Of a DNA stretch of 64,000 nt, positions 48,473-56,879 are shown piece after piece. Where the stretch lies: contig OZ286465.1 of the NCBI GenBank assembly GCA_965644265.1, forward strand, positions 14,942,001 through 15,006,000, read 5' to 3'. Each line of letters opens with the position of its first letter. The first letter of the stretch is position 1. The position numbers were made by a program, and so were the translations under genes. Source of the DNA: Glycera tridactyla. Its lineage: Eukaryota. The notes beneath the pieces were generated by a model. That model worked only from the letters and a program-made list of their open reading frames with translations, ran no database searches and had not been told where the DNA came from.

Positions 48473-49494
48473 TGTGTGTGTTTGTGTTTGTGTGCATGTG
48501 TGCGGGTATGTGTGTCATCTTGGATGTTAATCTGTGGTGCTCATAAGTTCACATCGGCTAGAGTGAGTGTGGGGGGGGGGGGGGGGGGGTTGCATTAGTC
48601 ATCCTCTGGATTACAGTTCTAGTTTGTGTTGGTTTGTTGACATACACAATTTGGTGATTGGCTTCCAGGTGGTCTTCATACATGCCATCCTATTTATGGA
48701 CAAAAAGTCGTTTCAAAAGCTCAGAAAAAGTGTAGACAAAGTGTAGTCAAAACTGTGGACAAAAAGCCACTCTATATAGACGAATTTAATGTCTAAATGT
48801 CTTCATACATGTCAACATTTATTTCGTTATACCCATCCTATTTATTGACCAAAAAATCATTTTGAGGGCTCAGAAAAAGCGTAGACAAAGCGTAGTCAAG
48901 GTGTGGTCAAAACTGTGGACAAAAACGTGGAAACATTTTATGAATAACTGATTCCTGCATTTTGGGGTTACGCCCATATTTAATTCCAAAGAAATTATCG
49001 AGTCATTATTTTATGTCATTGCTGTCAATGTGTGTGGGTATTGTTCAACTTAATCTATGACTGGTGGATGTGGTCTGCTTTCATGAACAAGACAAGTGTA
49101 ATTTGCGCATTGTAAGTCTTTTCGTTCGGATGTGGACAAGTTGAGACAACAGGCTTGTGAGTGTTGAGAAATGTTTACCCACCAGACTCCTGCAGTCTTG
49201 CTCATCTTTTGTATGATTTGATAGTTTAGACAATCGAACTTGTGATGTTTTAGATGAAATATACAGGGCTGGTCAATATTGTCTGTTGTTACATCAGGTG
49301 GAGCAAGTTGTTGCTGGTGACAAACATACATAGATTTTTCTCATCTGTTTGACCTTTGAAGAGTAGAAACAGCTCCCCTACTGATTGTGTGACCTCCATC
49401 TGTTATCATGTACATGTACCTTTTTCTGTTTCAGGGTTTGATTCAAAAGCAGCGTGAACTTGAAATTGGTATGGCCCCAATAGAAGTGGAGTGA
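2672..49494 (+). CDS. CCDC66: Coiled-coil domain-containing protein 66 (CCDC66) ortholog; spliced gene with 19 coding exons found, 5' start exon not located
   Basis: Exons 2672-2730, 4410-4438, 5642-5930, 12714-12897, 13396-13970, 16765-18168, 20444-20544, 22544-22552, 25078-25161, 28168-28305, 29617-29689, 30269-30509, 31452-31539, 32297-32458, 32875-33019, 43131-43346, 44176-45209, 46432-46518 and 49435-49494 all have AG/GT borders and matching phases (total 4978 nt = 1 + 1659 codons, ending in TGA). Segments resemble human CCDC66 as recalled: TLTQTQLNSIL (CLTQDQLQQIL), EEKRRKHLEHQ-EAVRAQVEEK (RRRQKQLEHQKAITAQVEEK), GHDISHL (GHDTSRL), RDYGVQTD (KDTGVQTD), FIPFIRS (FIPYVRT), DPITNP..RQGRILQQLSSLRQGLIQKQRELE (DPLLNP..RQQAILKGLSELRQGLLQKQKELE). 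Confidence 0.9.
4410..4438 (+). CDS. CCDC66: CCDC66 29-nt exon (phase 1 to 0): AIEKKNGKKK
   Basis: Strong acceptor cccttttttttcag and donor gtatgt. It supplies exactly the phase change needed between 2730 and 5642. Confidence 0.75.
5642..5930 (+). CDS. CCDC66: CCDC66 exon (phase 0 to 1): FETKTK...TVTLTQTQLNSIL...RTAN
   Basis: Acceptor gttttcttccag, donor gtaggc. Lies inside ORF 5546-5989 and carries the TLTQTQL..IL motif. Confidence 0.85.
6387..6538. mobile_element. hAT-like MITE
   Basis: Terminal inverted repeats cagggtgagaag / cttctcactctg; internal cctgccc and gggcagg motifs. Confidence 0.55.
7741..8290. mobile_element. DNA-transposon end with GGGGTAACTTTGAAC subterminal repeats
   Basis: About seven copies in both orientations, including a perfect 16-bp hairpin at 8122-8158; runs into an N gap. 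Confidence 0.55.
11200..11560 (-). pseudogene. Possible highly decayed Tc1/mariner transposase fragment
   Basis: The minus frame reads LYLRTSVQQP..LITKHCLRLQFAR, resembling the Tc1 KPLL..H...RL.FAR motif, followed by frameshifted DES-like and VWGIS-like remnants. Confidence 0.3.
12714..12897 (+). CDS. CCDC66: CCDC66 exon (phase 1 to 2): DPKSPTEPK...FTTAN
   Basis: TACTAAC branch point at 12675, acceptor gttttctctccag, donor gtgagt; phases match on both sides. Confidence 0.85.
13396..13970 (+). CDS. CCDC66: CCDC66 exon (phase 2 to 1), Pro-rich, with three L(S/T)xAE(R/K)KRLxWExER motifs
   Basis: Acceptor atttcag, donor gtgagt; ORF 13421-13993. Confidence 0.9.
14585..16042. repeat. 52-bp minisatellite, about 28 copies (CCDC66 intron)
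   Basis: Unit tccaacatgcgagcacactgggtctacaagtgtcaggctttatttgctcaca; register confirmed at 15001, 15261, 15521 and 15781 (5x52). Confidence 0.97.
16765..18168 (+). CDS. CCDC66: CCDC66 1404-nt symmetric exon (phase 1 to 1) with three more W-helix motifs
   Basis: Acceptor tgtctctgtatag, donor gtaaga; 468 codons with no stop (ORF 16842-18218). Confidence 0.85.
20444..20544 (+). CDS. CCDC66: CCDC66 exon (phase 1 to 0): AEQVAEYDPWGRPGAGAPLRDSTGNVLADFISRR
   Basis: Acceptor tttcgggttgtag, donor gtgagt; encodes a CSPP1-family PWG..GAPLRD..GN motif. Confidence 0.9.
20907..21082. mobile_element. Tc1/mariner-type MITE (CAGTCGAACCT TIR, TA target duplication), copy 1
   Basis: ta|cagtcgaacctg...caggttcgactg|ta; internal gaccacct repeats. 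Confidence 0.85.
22544..22552 (+). CDS. CCDC66: Candidate 9-nt microexon (PEE), phase 0 to 0
   Basis: ttttttcatgtttccag|CCTGAGGAG|gtatgt, in frame between two phase-0 junctions. Confidence 0.55.
23061..23221. mobile_element. Same MITE family, copy 2 (opposite orientation)
   Basis: ta|cagtcgaacct...aggttcgtctg|ta. Confidence 0.85.
25078..25161 (+). CDS. CCDC66: CCDC66 84-nt symmetric exon (phase 0 to 0): DDDNENNPAPPQGHGQPSPGESANTATE
   Basis: CACTAAC branch point, long pyrimidine tract, acceptor ttcgtag, donor gtacgg. Confidence 0.75.
26777..27533. repeat. 45-bp minisatellite, about 17 copies
   Basis: Unit acacattgtccattggtcacactgtgtaccactcacgatatagaa. Confidence 0.97.
27839..28069. mobile_element. 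TA-flanked MITE with internal tandem triplication
   Basis: ta|cagtaaaacctg...caggtttcactg|ta; atagtgaaatcctgtctacagt(c/g)aaaagaaaaatctggcccg occurs three times. A related remnant lies at about 36295-36357. Confidence 0.8.
28168..28305 (+). CDS. CCDC66: CCDC66 exon (phase 0 to 0): EYIEKKRQWQAQQ..Q8..SSFVVG
   Basis: Acceptor cctattgtag, donor gtaagt; contains a CAG(CAA)7 poly-Q tract. Confidence 0.85.
28313..28415. mobile_element. CAGTCGAACCT MITE, copy 3 (internally deleted), adjacent to a splice donor
   Basis: gtaagta|cagtcgaacctg...caggttcgactg|ta. Confidence 0.85.
28503..28804. repeat. 60-bp tandem repeat, 5 copies
   Basis: Unit aactttggtgaagtaattgcaggctgttctattaggtgccctgatcattctgccgctcca, aligned line by line in the 60-column display. 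Confidence 0.97.
29168..29330. mobile_element. TA-flanked MITE (CAGTAAAACCTGTCTTG TIR)
   Basis: ta|cagtaaaacctgtcttg...caagacaggttttactg|ta. Confidence 0.85.
29617..29689 (+). CDS. CCDC66: CCDC66 exon (phase 0 to 1): NSAPDENKFEDAKQQQKRLWLEDL
   Basis: Acceptor cttatgtttgcag, donor gtacgc; resembles human KQELQRKWIEEL (recalled). Confidence 0.9.
30269..30509 (+). CDS. CCDC66: CCDC66 exon (phase 1 to 2): ERQKEEKRLQKQRERD..HDTWADRF
   Basis: Acceptor taccttgcag, donor gtgagt; coiled-coil, and HDTWADRF resembles human HDRWAMHF (recalled). Confidence 0.9.
31452..31539 (+). CDS. CCDC66: CCDC66 exon (phase 2 to 0): SFQRGVHMFVDSKTQQELEEKRRKHLEHQ
   Basis: Acceptor atgttccag, donor gtgaga; start of the conserved CCDC66 domain. 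Confidence 0.92.
32297..32458 (+). CDS. CCDC66: CCDC66 exon (phase 0 to 0): EAVRAQVEEKERLKRE..KLKQKE
   Basis: Acceptor gaattggtag, donor gtgagg; core coiled-coil of the CCDC66 domain. Confidence 0.92.
32875..33019 (+). CDS. CCDC66: CCDC66 exon (phase 0 to 1): DLQKRRADLLQEARDRA..GGHDISHLQASFE
   Basis: Acceptor catgtttgcag, donor gtaggc; GHD.S.L motif. Confidence 0.9.
35250..36090. repeat. Degenerate internally repetitive element (tttttacctgtc motif, about 78-bp tandem duplication)
   Basis: Motif at about 35256, 35434, 35966 and 36044; duplicated block 35933-36088. Confidence 0.55.
38895..40560. mobile_element. Complex repetitive element with about 160-bp subunits and many (G)TCTCCATGGCAAC / GTTRCCTAGCAAC motifs
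   Basis: Near-identical subunits at about 39730-40220; larger duplication about 39140-39700 vs 40100-40560; eight X-box-like motifs. Confidence 0.7.
38950..39136. mobile_element. hAT-like MITE nested in the X-box-bearing element
   Basis: TIRs cagggctgtacgttaac / attagcgtagagccctg; it interrupts the host motif ttggattcatgatgcac. Confidence 0.7.
41768..41912. mobile_element. CAGTCGAACCT MITE, copy 4
   Basis: ta|cagttgaacct...atgttcgactg|ta. Confidence 0.8.
43131..43346 (+). CDS. CCDC66: CCDC66 exon (phase 1 to 1): AKQSPRVGG..SPRRDYGVQT
   Basis: Acceptor gttcatgtttgcag, donor gtattt; GVQT motif. Confidence 0.88.
43540..43742. repeat. (GGA)n/(GGT)n/(GGC)n triplet repeat inside the 43347-44175 intron
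   Basis: Directly visible in the sequence. Confidence 0.9.
44176..45209 (+). CDS. CCDC66: CCDC66 exon (phase 1 to 0): DNNLVHT..RPRWGQ..SERDPNYQRR..DFIPFIRS..TKTK
   Basis: Acceptor cttttccattgcag, donor gtgtgt; ORF 44184-45224. Confidence 0.9.
45793..46422. repeat. 41-bp minisatellite that shortens to 34-bp units
   Basis: Unit tgtcaggatgtgggcagcagagatggtcacacaatgtttat; 34-bp period from about 46280. Confidence 0.95.
46432..46518 (+). CDS. CCDC66: CCDC66 penultimate exon (phase 0 to 0): DPITNPGLVLDHPTGRQGRILQQLSSLRQ
   Basis: Acceptor gtgttgcag, donor gtatgt; matches the CCDC66 C-terminal helix. Confidence 0.92.
47238..47718. mobile_element. hAT-like MITE with ctggaaa(tgtt)ctggaaa subterminal repeats
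   Basis: Ends cagggttcgcacag / cttgtatgaaccatg. Confidence 0.6.
48414..48500. repeat. (GT)n microsatellite
   Basis: Directly visible in the sequence. Confidence 0.95.
48676..48926. repeat. Two diverged copies of a ctcagaaaaag(t/c)gtagacaaag..gtcaaaactgtggacaaaaa block
   Basis: Copies at about 48680-48765 and 48830-48926. Confidence 0.7.
49435..49494 (+). CDS. CCDC66: CCDC66 last coding exon: GLIQKQRELEIGMAPIEVE*
   Basis: Acceptor cctttttctgtttcag; GLIQKQRELE resembles human GLLQKQKELE (recalled); TGA at 49492-49494. Confidence 0.92.
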   Translation, partial: GLIQKQRELEIGMAPIEVE

Positions 49495-50844
49495 GCCACT
49501 CGAAAGAAGCTGGTCAGTTGGTGCTTAATAGACGGGCAAACTTTGACGTATGGATCTGTTTGTCAGTTGTGACTCTTGATTCAATGACTTGAGCTCACTT
49601 GTGATCCCTTATGTTTCTTGATCATTCAGATTGAACAGAAAGTCCACTATGATTTGATTATTTTTGTTTTAATCAATGAAAGTGACATCTCTCATATTAA
49701 ATGACGACCTTTTAGCTGAGGAGATGAGGAGAAGAAAACTTTGAATGCCTCCTCGAATCCATCTCAAATACCAGCTGGGATTTGCTTGGGACTGCGCTGG
49801 GCAGGTGGTGTTGCAGCTGGTGAGAGTTGGGTGAGCAGTTCATGTATGGATGCCATCAACTTGTCACCATGTCACGCTGACATCTGCCGAGTACACAATC
49901 AATGCAGAAACTCATCACTGATGACACAATATTAGAAAGCATTTCTTCCTGAGGAGGACTTTTTACTGTAGACCTGGATGGTTCGAGTAATATCCAACCT
50001 TTTGTGATCATTTTGGCTTACCTTTTTCTTCTCAGAGTCATGAGGAAGTCGCCACCTTTCATTCATTTGAAGAAAAAATGGTTAGCGAGTATAGACATAT
50101 CCTTACTATCAAGACTTCTCTCCAAAATATGAATTCAAAAGTATGTTTTTGTAATTTGCCATCACAGTGGTGTATCAGGGGAAAACCATTCGATGGTGAT
50201 TCATGGTGACATTGCTTGGAGTGGTTCCAAATGATATGAACAAATAATGTATACCGATAATATTAATTCATTACGATGGCTCTCAAAAAAACTATTTTGT
50301 GCTCATCTGGCGTATGATAGGATGGCTTTACTTGTCTGTCATTGTATGTGTGTCTGTGTACAAACCATCTCAAGATAACTCAATCAGTTTGGAAACCATC
50401 AATTTTAAACAGGGTCTACATACTTCCCTTAGAAAGCATCAGGGGCCTGTTACACTAAGGTAGTACTTAGACTCAATATAGTGTTGGTACTCAGGGAACC
50501 ATGGTTATCAAGAGCATATCCATACTGAGTGCACTCACTGTCATGTGAAATTGACCCCAGACGCCTATCATCTTAGAGCAGCGATGTGAAATTCCCGCTT
50601 CTTGAGGTGCAAAATAGTGAAAACAGGTTTCTGCAAACCAACTCAAAAGTTGTATATATCAGGTTTAAAGAAACATCTGTTGCATCTTCACAGGCTCAAA
50701 ATTGGGAAGTTCATCGTTGAATTCTTCGCATGTTAGTAGTCATTTTGTGTCAGTTAAGGTCAAAGTCCAAGGTTGAAGAGGTCACTGAAGGTTAGTCTAC
50801 ATCAGATTACCTGCATTATCATCCGATAACAGGTCTATTGGGTA

Positions 50845-51125
50845 ATTTCACGCTGTCTACCCTCCCGCCTCGCTGCCGTACTTTCATTCGATAGCGTAAA
50901 TCATGTGTGTATTACGCCTTCTCTATCAGTGGCGTCGGTCACATGACGCGCATTTGATTGTCGCGTCACGGCAATAAACAAACCCTACCTCTCGCTGTTT
51001 GAGCATGCTATATCATATAATTTCACTCAAAAATCATGGCAAACAGCATAATAGATGGATGTATCGGATGATAAGTTCAGAATGCTACTCGTGCTGATCA
51101 CGGAAGGAGCGCAGACGCCTCGTAT
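50845..51125. promoter_or_regulatory. CpG-rich promoter-like patch downstream of CCDC66
   Basis: Local CpG enrichment (cccgcctcgctgccg, ggcgtcgg, gacgcgc, tcgcgtcacgg) and a GTCACATGAC E-box at 50938; no TE ends seen. Confidence 0.35.
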
Positions 51126-52148
51126 GTATGTGCAAGGCTTTTGCAGTATATCAGAGCCACACACAAATGATTGATTATATGTCTTTTAGACACCTTCTGC
51201 CGAAATAACACTGATGTCCTTTCTTGTCAAATACAGTCAAACTTGTCCTATGCATGAAGTTTGGTGGAGAGAAAAAAACATGTGCCTAGGGCTAGTTCAT
51301 GCTTAGAATAGGTCAATTATAGTATAAAATACGCTGGCGGAATGATCAGAAACGTGTTGCTTAGGACGAGTCTGACTGAATGTTCTGTCCCTCTGGATAC
51401 CAACTTACTAATTGAGATAATTTCTAATGAGGTTTTACCGTACTTGTGCAGAAATCACAAGACGATGAAGACTTGGGGTTTCAGCAGTTTGCTTTCACCA
51501 CTCAGTTCCGTTGCACACTTGCACTGTAAAAGTGACATAGTGGTTTCTCATAAACATGTTTGACACCGAGTGATGGTTTCAGAGCCATTGTTTCTGTTGA
51601 GCAGATCGACTGAATATCTATTGACTGTAGAATCTGAACTATTTTTACAGGTAGATTTTGTACCTGACCATTATCTTGATGAGTTGATATTTTGTGATGT
51701 ATGTATATGTAGAATATCCTGAGTTGATTCAATTGCTACCCAATTTGAATTTGTATATCTTTGTAAATTTCAATCTGTCTGTGATATTGTTGCCTGCTAT
51801 ACATGTATCAGGTTCTTCACTTTCATTCTCCCTTGTTATGATATGGCCAATGTCACTTTGGGATATCCTGTTACTTCCCCTGTCCTTGATATGTACTAGA
51901 CCTATTAAGCCTTAACAAATAACAGGGAATAATCCTTGAATTTCTGTTTAATCCACTCAGATTTCACCACAATTCCCAGAAACATCATCCCACAAAATTA
52001 TGTACATAGATATCTGTAGTGGAACCCATCTACACATTTCTTTGTGGTTAACTTGACAGTCAAGTATTCTCGGAATCTGATGCATTTCTTTGTTTCAAAT
52101 ACTTGAAATTCCCAAACTTTAGGAAATTTCTTATAAGGTTTGAATGTA

Positions 52149-52309
52149 CAGTCAAACTTCCTCTAAAGACCACCTCCCTATGAAGACCACCCTGAACTGC
52201 GACCGTGGTAGTATTTTTAACAGTAAATGACCTCTCTATAAAGACCACCTCCCTATAAAGGCCACTTTTTGATGCGACAGAAGGCGGTCTTTATAGTGAG
52301 GCCCGACTG
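52149..52309. mobile_element. CAGTCGAACCT MITE, copy 5
   Basis: ta|cagtcaaactt...ggcccgactg|ta; internal sequence shared with copies 2 and 4. Confidence 0.8.
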
Positions 52310-52794
52310 TATTCATATAGCGATCACATAAATGGGAGGTGCCAAAGGACTTGTATGCCTAAAATGAAAGCATTTCTATCAGGCTTGCTGTAAGGCTTGA
52401 ATGTCAGTTTCAGATTTAGATATGCCATCATTGGGTGCAGAGGGTTTATTTTCACCGTAGTGATTACACATACCCATATTTTCTCTTGTTTTTGGAATTG
52501 TGTTTTGTGCAAACCATTGCTTTGGATTTGAGTCAGCTTCCAGTGAGTTCCTTAGTTTTTGGTTCATTCCTATCATATATGTTGCAAGATTGTCCCTACT
52601 TTACGCTACTTTCACTTGACAACCTTTTGGTTGCTTATCATCTAGTGTTCAGGGTTTGTGAGAGTGATGCCTGCAGGGGACATAGCATCCAGCTTCCATA
52701 GATTGGGTACACATGTCATACATAATCCATTGGGTTTGATACATGCTGTTAAACTTCAATCAGTGAGTCAATCTATGTTGATACATGACATTAA

Positions 52795-54181
52795 AGGGTC
52801 TGGGTCACGCTCACGGGTACTTTTCAGAAATCAGTAGGTGATATAAGATCTTTGAACATGGTGTGTGTAGAACATGACAAATGTGAAGGATTTAATCAAG
52901 AAATTGACGATTTATAGCTCAAACTTGTCATTTTTCGCAACTTTGACGGAGTGCCCGGAGTGCCAATGGTAATCGCGTCTACGTCAGATCAGTATCCACG
53001 GAGCCGGCTCGCGAGTGAAGAATTCATTGGGCATGCCTATCTAGCTAAGACATTGTGTATGGGGAAAAAAATCGTCGTGTCACCAATAATGGGATCTCTG
53101 ACCCCAAACTTCGCTGATGAATGCAAATCTATATGACGAACACGCACACTATCTTGTATTTTCGATTATTCAAGTGTATTTCTCATGAATGTAGGGTGAA
53201 CAGCAAACTTCCATTTGAAAATGAGCAAGTATCAACAATGCCAGTTTGACAAGTGACTGCCGTACATTCGCACGAGAAATACACGACTTACCGGCCGATA
53301 TTCGCTATATAACTCAGAGTTGGCATGTTTATTGCCTCCTACATAACCGATTGACGCGTATATACTTCATTTCAATGTTTAATTCAGCATGAAGATGACT
53401 GTCAACAGCCCAGCCGGTGATCGTAGACGCCATTTTGTCTTGCCAGATCACCTTCGAGACATGCGCGCGTGAGCATTCTCCCACCAAGCAGCGCTGCCAT
53501 TGGCTGATAGATGCGTGCATAGTTTCACCTGGCGGGGGGAATGGGAACTATGACTGGGTTTGAGAGGCCGGCTATTCGTCATCAAATGCAACTTCACCCT
53601 CCCTTTGTGGTGAATATAAACATCTGAACTTGATTCCATCATGCTGTTTATATTCGATATGCAGGTCTACATCTCCCATGTCGGTTTTTATCTGGACACG
53701 TCACGATAAAGGCATAGAGATTTTTCTAGTACAACACCACCAGCAAAATTTGACAAGCTGTCACTTGATGGCATCATTTTTTGCCGGGAATTTCGTCTTC
53801 AAACTCATCCTATTTCGCAAATATGTGTTCTTGAGCAAATCCGATGCGATATATAGCTTCATCAAGAAGTTTTACGAATGTATATCAAGTATGGTGAATG
53901 AAATCCGAATATCAAAGCTGTGACAATTTTTTTCTTACAGCATGTCTGGCTGATTTCAGGCCTTTCACATGTATTTTCTCGCCACGGGAGTGCTCCAGTG
54001 ATACTGAACTGACGTCACAAGATGGCGGGCCCTCTGGAAAAAGCGGCGGGAATTTCAAATCGATTTTTCTCAGACATAACGATCATATATACTAGTGGCG
54101 TATGTATGAAGATGTTCCATTAAGACCTCCCTACACATCCCAAAACAGATCTCAGCATCGTCAAAGTGTGTCGCTGGCCCT
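52795..54181. mobile_element. Non-autonomous Kolobok-like DNA transposon (TTAA-flanked, AGGG...CCCT ends)
   Basis: ttaa|agggtctgggtcac ... gtgtcgctggccct|ttaa (10/14 inverted match); CpG-rich interior with no long ORF. Confidence 0.6.
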
Positions 54182-55169
54182 TTAACTCCACCCCGTCTAT
54201 CTATCAATCAAACAAACAATCGCAATCAAGAGTATTTGACTGATATTTGTGTAGATAATGCCTCTCCAATTGTCATACTCTCTTCTTGAGAAGCAGGCTC
54301 CAACAGTACAGGTGAAAAGTGGTTTATGCATATTCGATCATTGATCAATCTGACTCTGTTCAATGTGCTGGAAGTCATACATAGAATAGCCAGTAATAAG
54401 CCAGATGGGAACACATTGAAGTGCACCAGGCTGTCATGTTCATCAATTCGTGAAATGATATAAAGGCCCATAATAGATTCCTATTCGATGTGTTCACTGG
54501 TGCACTCAATTGTTTTGCAGCGGAGGAAACTCTCTGCGTTGACTTGTTTCATGGTGGACTTCTTACACAGACAATGTACCACTCAGAATAAGTCCATAAC
54601 ATCAGCTTGCAATCAGCTAGCAATGTTATGTAATATATTGAATATCATAAGACTTCGCATTATTCAGCATTATTTCTGTTGTAGCCATGGCTGGATTGAA
54701 TCCACTTTTTCAATAATAAAGGATTTAGAAAATCATGTTTGCAAAATGTGTTGTATCTCAATGATAATGGTTTGTCATCCAGTTTTTACCTCACCTCAAC
54801 CTAATGGGGGAGGGGGAATTATATTGCAGATGCCCTGGTGTTGGCATCAATGTCAGCGTTGGCATCGGTGTCTGCAACTGCATCAAGCTCACACATATAA
54901 GTCATATTGAGGTCATGTCAAAGTTGTTTTGCTCAACAACTAGCAGGCCTAGTTCCAGGAAACCTGCTATGTATATGCTTCAATACATTCACTACCATAT
55001 CCAGCCATCATCAAAGCAGCATCCCAAGTATCCTACTTGATTAATTATGGGTTAGAAACATTATTTCAAATGAAGGGACTCCGGGCTCTTTCTAGATGCA
55101 TGTGATTCATATTCAGTTTGGGGTTCGGTCTTTATAGATATCTTTATCCCCTGTGATTGTATTCTGCCC

Positions 55170-56660
55170 ATGAGAGATAATTATATGCCAGATAGGTGAT
55201 TTAGGGGCAAAATATCACAATCTCTAAATGACTGAACTGTATCATTTCTGTTGTGTTTTTCAGTCCCCGGCCACACCATACTTTACAAAGATGAGTGCAG
55301 GCCATGGATTGGGTCTTCTGACAAGCCTGGTCGATTTTGAGTACAATTTGTTTTCTTCATAAATTTATTTTTCCAAAGATATTAGCTGTCCCTAGCCACA
55401 TCAAACTTGACAAAGATGCAATTCATAGCGTTTCCCTACAAGTATTGAACTCTCATTTCTGGTGAGGTTTTAGAACCCAGTCACACCAGACTTGACACAG
55501 AAGCATTTCACAGCATTCCCTGAATGCCAGCCATGGATGGGCTCTGCCTGCATGCGTGATTGCTTTCGGGGACAACATTGTTTTTTCAGAAATGCATATT
55601 TCTAAAGATGGTAGCTCTCCATATCCATATCAAACTCGACACCATTGTATTCCAAGGGATTCCCTAATGAGTGCCTGTCCCTAGCCACACCAGACTTGAA
55701 ACATATGCTTTCCATGGCACCCCCCCCCCTCCCCCCCAAAAAATTGATTTTTCAAGCAAGGTGCCTTTCCTCAAGCCAGAGTGAACTTGACACAGATTAA
55801 TTTGATAGCATTCCTTAGTGGATGGGGACTTATTGCAACCGTGATTGATTTGGAGGACAAAAATGCGTTTTCAGAAATCGATTCATTTCAATGGTGTATG
55901 CCCCTAGTCACACCAGACGCGGCACAGATGTACATCATAGAATTACCCCCAATGATTGCCAACTACAGATGATGTCTGAAAATCCTGATTGATTCGGGGG
56001 GGGGGGGGGCAGAGATGGATTTTTCAAAAGATAGGGGCGGCCAGAAAAAACCTGCTGACCGATACATTTCGCAGCATTGCCTGGTGAATCCGAGCCATGT
56101 TGAGCAGTGTGGTCGATCATCACGATAATATCATCGACATCGTCTCCTCCAGATCTTTACTTGTTGAAGTGGGAATGTGTCTAGCGCATGCTTCTCAAAC
56201 CATTCCCTGGACAGATTAGCTATGATTGCGCTCACACAAGACCCCTTCGCAGCATCCACCTGGATCACACCGTCAAAGAGAAAATAGATGGTCTTTTTAT
56301 ACGTGAGAAATATTTGATCTGTGTTGGCGGAAGTGCTTAACTGCAGTGTTGGATCATTGTGTAGCATGTCACAGATACTCTCAAGGTTCGTATCTACAGG
56401 TATAGTATTAGATAAAGTGGAAACATCAAATGATACCAACATTCATCTTCATCAACATATACAGATGACAACTGGCGCACCTGCAGGCTGTTCAACTTGG
56501 CTAACAAAGAAAACGTTTGTGAAATCCCTTACCATGAGGGATAATTATTTGCCAGATAGGTAATTTAGTGGCAAAATATCACATTTTCAAAATGGCAACT
56601 TTATCATTTCTGGTGAGTTTTTCAGTCCCCAGCCACACCATACTTTACACAGATGCACTG
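55170..56660. repeat. Degenerate satellite-like repeat (tagYcacaccagac units) interrupted by a retroelement fragment
   Basis: 55175-55295 is homologous to 56541-56660; the unit motif recurs at about 55394, 55480, 55682 and 55905. Confidence 0.55.
56090..56460 (-). mobile_element. Penelope-like reverse transcriptase fragment (decayed)
   Basis: LVSFDVSTLSNTIPVD..L.DMLHNDPTL..YFLFDG..AKGSCVSAIIANL..WFEKHAL..KIWRR..DD matches PLE RT motifs. Confidence 0.8.
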
Positions 56661-56879
56661 GATAATTGGACAACTGGCGCGCCTGCAGGGTAGGTCAAAC
56701 ATCCACGTCAGGCATAATCTTTCGCGTTGATGCATTGGTATTAAGTAATCAATCAATCATTTGAGGACCTCATATATCTACATCATAAGCTAACAATCAT
56801 CCTTTCAAACACGGGTTTATGATGTTGAAGGTGGCACTCAGTACCAAGCCTTCGCCATGGGGGGTGCGGTCCGATTATC

